Source of the DNA: Psammoneis japonica
Taxonomy: Eukaryota
Assembly (NCBI GenBank): GCA_008632985.1
Contig: QPGO01000080.1
Location: forward strand, 186,001 to 250,000
Length of the DNA stretch: 64,000 nt
Direction of reading: 5' to 3'
Each line of letters begins with the position of its first letter. Position 1 is the stretch's first letter. The notes under the pieces were generated by a model. The model ran no database searches, had not been told where the DNA came from, and saw only the letters and a program-made list of their open reading frames with translations. Below, in pieces: positions 57,807-64,000 of the stretch. Both the position numbers and the translations under genes were made by a program.

Positions 57807-59786
57807 TGTCATGGCATGCATGCTTGCACATCACCAGTGTGAACAACGGTTGGATGTGCAGTCGCCCTTTTGTGTACATGTGACAGGTTATGAGCATCGA
57901 TTCGCTTGCCTCTGTGGCACAGCATGGCAGGCGCGCTCCGGATGAGGGTACAGACCATCACCGCGGTGACAACACGGAGAAATTGTCAAAAACCCGCCGG
58001 AGCCGACGATGACATTGACGCGGTAGATAAGGTGTCTAAACATTCGTCGTTTTTTGGACCATTACAACAGAAGCTCTATTAGACCCTCATTGATATACGG
58101 TTGTAATTGTCCATTCGGAGACGTTCATTTTGGCGAGAAATATTGAAACATACCGTTTCGCTTTGTCGTGACGCCATGTTGCATGCAGACGACGCATCAA
58201 CTCACCATTTGCCGGATATTCGGCACCCACTGAGTTAAAGTCTGACTTTATTAAAAGGCAAGTAAGTTGAAAATCAAAATGGTGTTATCAATGTATCCGA
58301 GGCTCACCACTTGTTGTCTCACTCAACTTTCTTGCCGCCGCAGCCAATTCTCACTGTCTTACCTAGCATGAGCACGCATCGACAAATCCAACGTCGTCGT
58401 CACATCGTCAAGCCCATTGATCAATGGTATTGACCAGACAAATATTTTTGAAGAATTTGATAATGCAGCTGTAATGCATTCAGCCAAGTATTCTTGAATG
58501 GGAGAGAGTCGGACGGATGAGAGTGAAAATGAAGAATGAAGTTGGCGTACGGTTCAAGAAAAAAGCAGTCAAACATGGTTGACAAAATATTCTGATGCTG
58601 TTATTCTATAGAATGATAAATAATAGTGAATAGAGCTTCTCCCTGGCTTGTATATACTCTAGATTGATCGCAAAGACACAAATGTCAAATCTGAAAATAG
58701 AAAAGTGCGGCTTGTAAATGAGTATTCGTGGATTGCTTCACCCATTTATAGCATGAAAGAGGTCAAATATAGTTGTCAGGAGGCTAGCCATGGATTAGAG
58801 AATAGAACATTGCCATAAAATCGGTTTGTGATGATGTTATCATCTAATCTCGGAGTCGAGAACCAGTCAATTTCACCTCATCGTACAGCGAGTCACGTGT
58901 TTTCAATCCCGTATGACCCACTCGACTCAAAATTTTGGTAGAATTAGCTAGACTTTGACCCCAGCTAGAGCCACAAATTACACAAGATATGAGCATTATC
59001 AGTCTCATACTCTTTAAACAGATACCTTGCGAGAATGTAATAGGTATGTATTGTTCGTGGTATCTAGTATTTCAAAACAGAACTAACTTTTCGTGGAGCA
59101 CCTTTATTACACGGGCAAGTGCGAGAGTCAACATTCAGTGATTGGTTAGTAACTAACGTTCACCCCCATTCTAGTAGGCCTCCAAAAGTGTGCTGAACTA
59201 CGTATCTGGATAATGTTAGTCGATCGAGGTGGGTATTTGGTTAAAAACGGGGGGTTAATTTTTACACGTGGCACCACGAAGCTGGGATGGAAAACAGCCC
59301 AGAGCCCAGAGAACAGTGGTCGCAGGTTCGACACCTCGAATTCATGCAGAAATGTTCACGGCAACGCAGGGGGGCAAACGCCTATAAAACAGCCAAACTA
59401 ACATGCAGAAAATGTCTGCGCAAGAGGAGCGTACAAAACATGCCTTCCAACCAGGGTACGAGAAGCCCAACAGAGTGGCCTTCACAACAAACAAACAACA
59501 AAATGTGTGGCTAAAAATACAAACATGATGTAAAGCACGCCGGCAGGTGTGGGAGACACCTCTCCGGCGATTGCACTGATGGTTGTGGCGCACAATGAAA
59601 ACACACAAACATGTGCACCTGACGCTGACAACTGGAAAATGTCCACCTCTGAACACAGTGCAAACCAGCGCACTTCGTGAACATCCAAACATCAGCTTGA
59701 AGGGGGGTGTCATGGCATGCATGCTTGCACATCACCAGTGTGAACAACGGTTGGATGTGCAGTCGCCCTTTTGTGTGCATGTGACA
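57807..59786 (+). mobile_element. Non-coding LTR retroelement (TRIM-like), 1980 bp, with 79-bp LTRs
   Basis: Direct repeats 57807-57885 and 59708-59786 (1 mismatch), each TGTCA...TGACA; PBS GGTTATGAGC at 57886-57895; PPT GAAGGGGGG at 59699-59707; flanks GAAAA / GAGAA; no sizeable ORF. Confidence 0.85.
58272..59287 (-). repeat. ~1-kb non-coding repeat, TpA/CpG-rich copy, inside the TRIM-like element
   Basis: Homologous to 20898-21915. Confidence 0.8.
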
Positions 59787-60149
59787 GAGAAGGAAAACTG
59801 GTGAGAATCCATGTGTGGCAGCAACTTGAAGTGATGTGGATTCCTTGCGCCCAAGGACGGTCACATGCAAATGGAGGGACAAAGTTAAAAAAGAGCTCAG
59901 GTGCAAAAGTGGGGCACCTGGACAACATTGTAACCACAGTGGAAATTGGGTTGCATTTTAATTTGAGTGAGAATGTTTTGTGGAAAGTCACTCAGGTTGA
60001 GCCATGAAAAACATCATAAAAATGGCCTTCAAAACAACGTTCAATTGGCCAAAACAAATTTAATTGTGCACATTTTTGTGCAATGAATGTAAAAAAAAAT
60101 TGCACTGTTTTGAACTGCGCCAAATTGCCACCTCTGATGTGGTTCCCTG

Positions 60150-62286
60150 CAGCAGGCCGTGTCACTTGGTTGCATCAACATCACTGTGGCAGTCATGTCT
60201 CTCTCCAATTTCCATGTGGCACATCCTCAAGGCCATCTTGAATGTGCCAAGCATGTCTGCAGATGCCTGTCCAAAATGCAACATGGTGCCCTCCTGCATG
60301 TGCTCACCAAGGAACCTGACTGCTCAGACCTTCCCAAGCCTGTGCATGACTGGGCACAAATGGCGTGCAGTGATGTGGAAGAGCTGATCCCCAATGATGC
60401 CCCTGAACCTCTTGGTTGGCAAGTTTGTCACTGCCACACACTGCGTGGATGCAAACTTGTTCCATTGCTTGCTCGCTGGATGTTCCATCATGGGCACATT
60501 GTCCACTTCCTCAACAAGTTCCTGGCTGATTGGTTCTCCAAGAAACAAGCCACAGTCAAGACTGCCACCTGTGGATCTGTGTTTGTTGCTGCCAGGACAT
60601 TGTGTGTGCAAGGCGATTGCCTCTGGCATCCTCAACTTTCACTTCATTGAAGGTTCCCATGACCCTGCTGACATCCTCAGCAAGCACTGGGGTCACTCCC
60701 ACGTCTGGAATCTCCTCCATCCCATGGGTTTAAAGTGCTGCTTGGAAGTTTAGAAGGTTGGAAGGACACACCCTTGTCATCCACAAGGCTCTGCAGTGTG
60801 ATCTCTGCAGCTCCTGCCTCAGGTGGCACAAGCACTTTGCCAATTAACTGTGAGATGAAGGATTCTTCATTCTTCCCATGCCACACCAAACCCAACATCT
60901 GGTTGTGCTGGAATGGCAACCATTGTGAACTGTGTGCACAGATGACCTGGCCTTTGCCATGAAAGATCCCACCTCCTTTGTCTGCACTGTCATGGAGAAA
61001 CACAAGTTCAAACTCAAGGGCACCAGACCACTGGAATTCCACCCTGGTTGCAACTTCTCTCATGACTCTGATGGCACACTGTGCCTTGCTGCTCTCAAGC
61101 GCATGGAGTGCATGGCTGAGAATCATGCATGCCTCTTTGGGGAGAAGCCTCTTGCACCAACATGCAATGTCCCCTCTTGAAAAGGGAGACCATCACTCCA
61201 AGCTCAACACCTCTGAACTGCTGGAACCTGGTGACATCCCACAATTTCAGTCCTTGATTGGTTCCCTGCAATGGGCTGTGTTGCTCAGCTGCATTGACAT
61301 TGCGGTGGTCATCATGTCTCTCTCTGGTGTTGCTGCATGGCACCACATCAACAAAGCCATCTTGATCATGCCAAACGTGTCTGCAGACACTTGTCCAAGA
61401 TGTGACATGGCGCCCTGCACATGCACACCAAGGAACCCAACTCTTTGGACCTCAGACAATTCCTGAAGATGTGCCTGAGCCCCTTGGCAAGTTTGTCACC
61501 ACGACCCACTGTGTTGATGCGAGCTTGTTCCATTGCATGCTTGCTGGACATTCAGTCACAGGCATCATTCATTTCCTCAACAAGTTCCCAGCTGACTGGT
61601 TCTCTAAGAAACAGGCCACAGTCAATGCTGCAACCTGTGGATCTGAGTGTGTTGCTGCCAGGATGTGTGTTGAGCAGATCGTCAATCTGCACATCACATT
61701 GCATCACTTCTGCATCCCGATCCATGTCACGTGTCACATGCTCAGGGACAACAAGTCAGTCATGGACAGCGCAACTGTCCCACACTCCAAGTTGCACAGG
61801 TGACACACCACCCTCTCACCCCATCATGTGTGCAGGCAATTGCCTCCGGTTTCTTTGAGCTCCACTTTGTTGAAGGTTCCCACAACAACCCAGCTGACAC
61901 CCTCAGCAAACACTGGGGCTGCTCCCAGGTCCCAGGTTTGGAACCTCCTCTGTCCTGTCATGTTTTGGAACTTCAGTCCTTGGGTCTTTGGTCTGCTGTC
62001 AAACTTTCAATCTGTCTCTGTGGACTCTTCAAGCAAACTGGGGAGTGACAGGATTTGAACAGGTTTTTAGCTTGTCACACACAACTGTTTGTGCTCTCTC
62101 AGTTCCATGCATGACATGTGATGCAGCTCTTTTTGGGCCAACAAGAATTGCAACAGCAGTGTGCCAACATCACAATGACAGTGTTTTCACTCCTGTGATG
62201 GCATCTGCATGGATGCTCATCTGCAATTTAGACAGCAGCAAGCAGTCATTGTTTTCTTCCACCCATTTTCTCTTCAGTTTTTGTCA
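60150..62286 (+). mobile_element. Older, rearranged relics of the same copia family as 43087-50194 (two RT/RNase H fragments plus 3' LTR 62046-62286)
   Basis: HFLNKFPADWFSKKQATV, SPLEKGDH; CAAACTGGGGAGTGACAGGATTTGAACAGG is shared with the PPT/LTR junction of the intact element. Confidence 0.9.
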
Positions 62287-62638
62287 CAATCTCTTTGATT
62301 GGCTGCCACCTTGCCAGCCACACAGTCCATGGGGAGGCATTTGTGGCAGAGGAAGTGATCAAAGCAATCTGCCATGAGCTCAATCCACATTGCAGGACTG
62401 TCCTGGATGGGGCCAGAATGCCATGGCACCAGGAGGGGTCTCCCATGCTTTTTTGTCACCCAGCCAAAACAGCTGCTGCTTTGCTGGTGGACAGCATGCC
62501 ACCATGGAAAGTTGTCCAATGCTGACTGGGTTGCTGAGCACCCCAAGGTCATGGCATGTCTCAACGCAACAGCCAACAAGGGCAAAAAATGAGCACTCAT
62601 TGCACCTCCTTTTGTTTGGCATGGAGCTCAACAAGCTT

Positions 62639-62661
62639 CTGCTGCTGCTGCTGCTGCTGCT
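62639..62661 (+). repeat. (CTG)7 microsatellite within degenerate repeat DNA
   Basis: Read directly from the sequence. Confidence 0.9.
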
Positions 62662-64000
62662 CTGGCTGGCTGAACTTGAGTGATGGGCTTGAGTTTTGCA
62701 TGAGTGCAAGAGTGTGAAACTGCCCAACATCAAGAATCTCTCACAGAGCTTGTTGAGTGCAACATGCAAGCTCACATGTTGTGCCAGAGAGTTGTCCATT
62801 TTGAGTGTGCAGCTCAGCCATCAGTGCTGGAGACTCCCTGCCATTGCCATGGCCCAGCCATGCACCAGCTCAGAAAGAACAAAAACACTCTGTGTTCTTT
62901 GATGTGCCTTGTTTGCACTGGCATGAGAAGCTGAGCAACCACAAGCATGGGCATTGCACCCTGTGCTGCAAACAAACTTCTGGCTGTTCTGCTTGTGCTC
63001 ATCACTTCAACTGCACTTGTTTTTCTTCAGCACCAGATGCTCTCATGACGTTGCATTTTGACAACATCCTGCACAAAGTGCAAACTGAACAAGGTCAGCT
63101 TGCAATCTGACAACTGACAGTGTTCTCCTGCTGGCTCACTTCCTTGACTCAGAAGTCACTTCTGGAGCATTTCCAGCACACTCAATCTGTCTGAGTGGCA
63201 AACAATCAATGTGGCCATGTGAAGACATCAGAAAAACACTGAAGCTGCATTGATCTGCTCAAAATGAGACCTCACACAGTGCTCCCCTGGAGGGTCAGGG
63301 CTGCATTTCAGCCGCATCTGTCACAGATGCCCGTGAATGACACAACTGCATTGCTTGTGTGGGCTGAGAACCTTCATCAAAATGAGAAAAAGGCCAGCCC
63401 CTGAGTGAGTGCATTTCTGGCAAAAAACAAAAAGTCTCTTTGTGATGAATGCCACAACCACAGCTCAGTTGCAGCAAAGAAGACCATAAATGGGAGCAAG
63501 CTCTGGAGCTCAAAGTCTGGTTCCTGGTGGCTTGCACCACAACCAACCAGAAAGCCATGCAGTTGGAAATGATTGGACTCACAATGGAGAGTGCAAGGCA
63601 ACAGTTTTAAAAGAATTTTGCAACTGTGCTTCTACGACTGTGTCTGATTGTGGCCAAATGACTTAATTTCGCAGCGTCGCGCAGTGCAAAAAATAATGTC
63701 TAAGAAAATGATGTCTTTCACTTGCGCTTGGTGCGATGAATGCGAGAGGCGAATGGAGTGAAGCCGACTTTCTCAGGTCCGCGCTGTGCTAGCTACCGCA
63801 GGGCCCTACTCTACTCACGCTTTCAATTTAATTCAATAAAACTAAATCGGATGGAATCAATTTCAATTTCTCGAAAAGGGCCATTTTTTCATGGCCTTTC
63901 TTGCTTGTCCCACAGTGTGCAACAACTGGCATAGTCGTCTTGTTGTTGAATTCTTGCCCTTCCCTGCAATATCTGATAACTTGTGAATACGACAACAGAG

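Larger units (their letters stand above)
50640..60130 (-). pseudogene. Large degenerate coding relic, probably a DNA transposon (possible MULE/SWIM-type), interrupted by MITEs and the small LTR element
   Basis: Run of broken minus-strand ORFs, including CLCDPSKHRCCHLL (CxC..CxH-like); TA/CG-depleted. Cys/His motifs are unreliable here because of the mutation bias. Confidence 0.3.

Noticed and set aside
59315..59340. tRNA/SINE B-box-like GCAGGTTCGACACCT
   Set aside because: No A-box at a suitable distance and no cloverleaf could be built
15700..63600. Hundreds of short Cys/His/Gln/Trp-rich ORFs resembling metal-binding proteins
   Set aside because: By-product of TA loss: TAA/TAG stops become CAA/CAG/TGG and TG/CA excess inflates Cys/His. 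They overlap in several frames and lack Tyr.
1..63600. Classical RIP or CpG deamination alone
   Set aside because: Both are C->T. CpG decay is present but cannot remove TpA or turn TAC into TGC/CAC.
62290..63600. Possible transposase Cys-rich C-terminal domain
   Set aside because: Cys patterns are not diagnostic in TA-depleted DNA; no termini found

Overview
Eukaryotic DNA, most likely a diatom (inferred from CoDi-type Ty1/copia elements, an Ambal-like LINE and short GT-AG introns). There is one real host gene, 15289->4341 on the minus strand. It is multi-exon and encodes a secreted giant protein with three tandem ~1.46-kb carbohydrate-binding-like repeats followed by DUF1800 and DUF1501 regions in one polypeptide. 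The rest is nested transposons: two full-length copia elements (43087-50194 + and 25678-32287 -), a LINE, several copia relics, a 2-kb non-coding LTR element (TRIM-like) and a family of ~390-bp MITEs. The most striking signal is a transposon-restricted hypermutation in which TpA becomes TpG or CpA, i.e. A->G in 5'-TA-3' on either strand. It accounts for 9 of 11 differences between the LTRs of the youngest element and has split one target-site duplication in opposite directions. It converts Tyr to Cys/His throughout TE proteins, spares YTAR contexts and runs ahead of CpG decay. It stops sharply at the host gene and does not touch the gene's own near-identical tandem repeats. It looks like an adenine-directed, RIP-like genome-defence or heterochromatin mutator. 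All counts are manual and no database searches were run.
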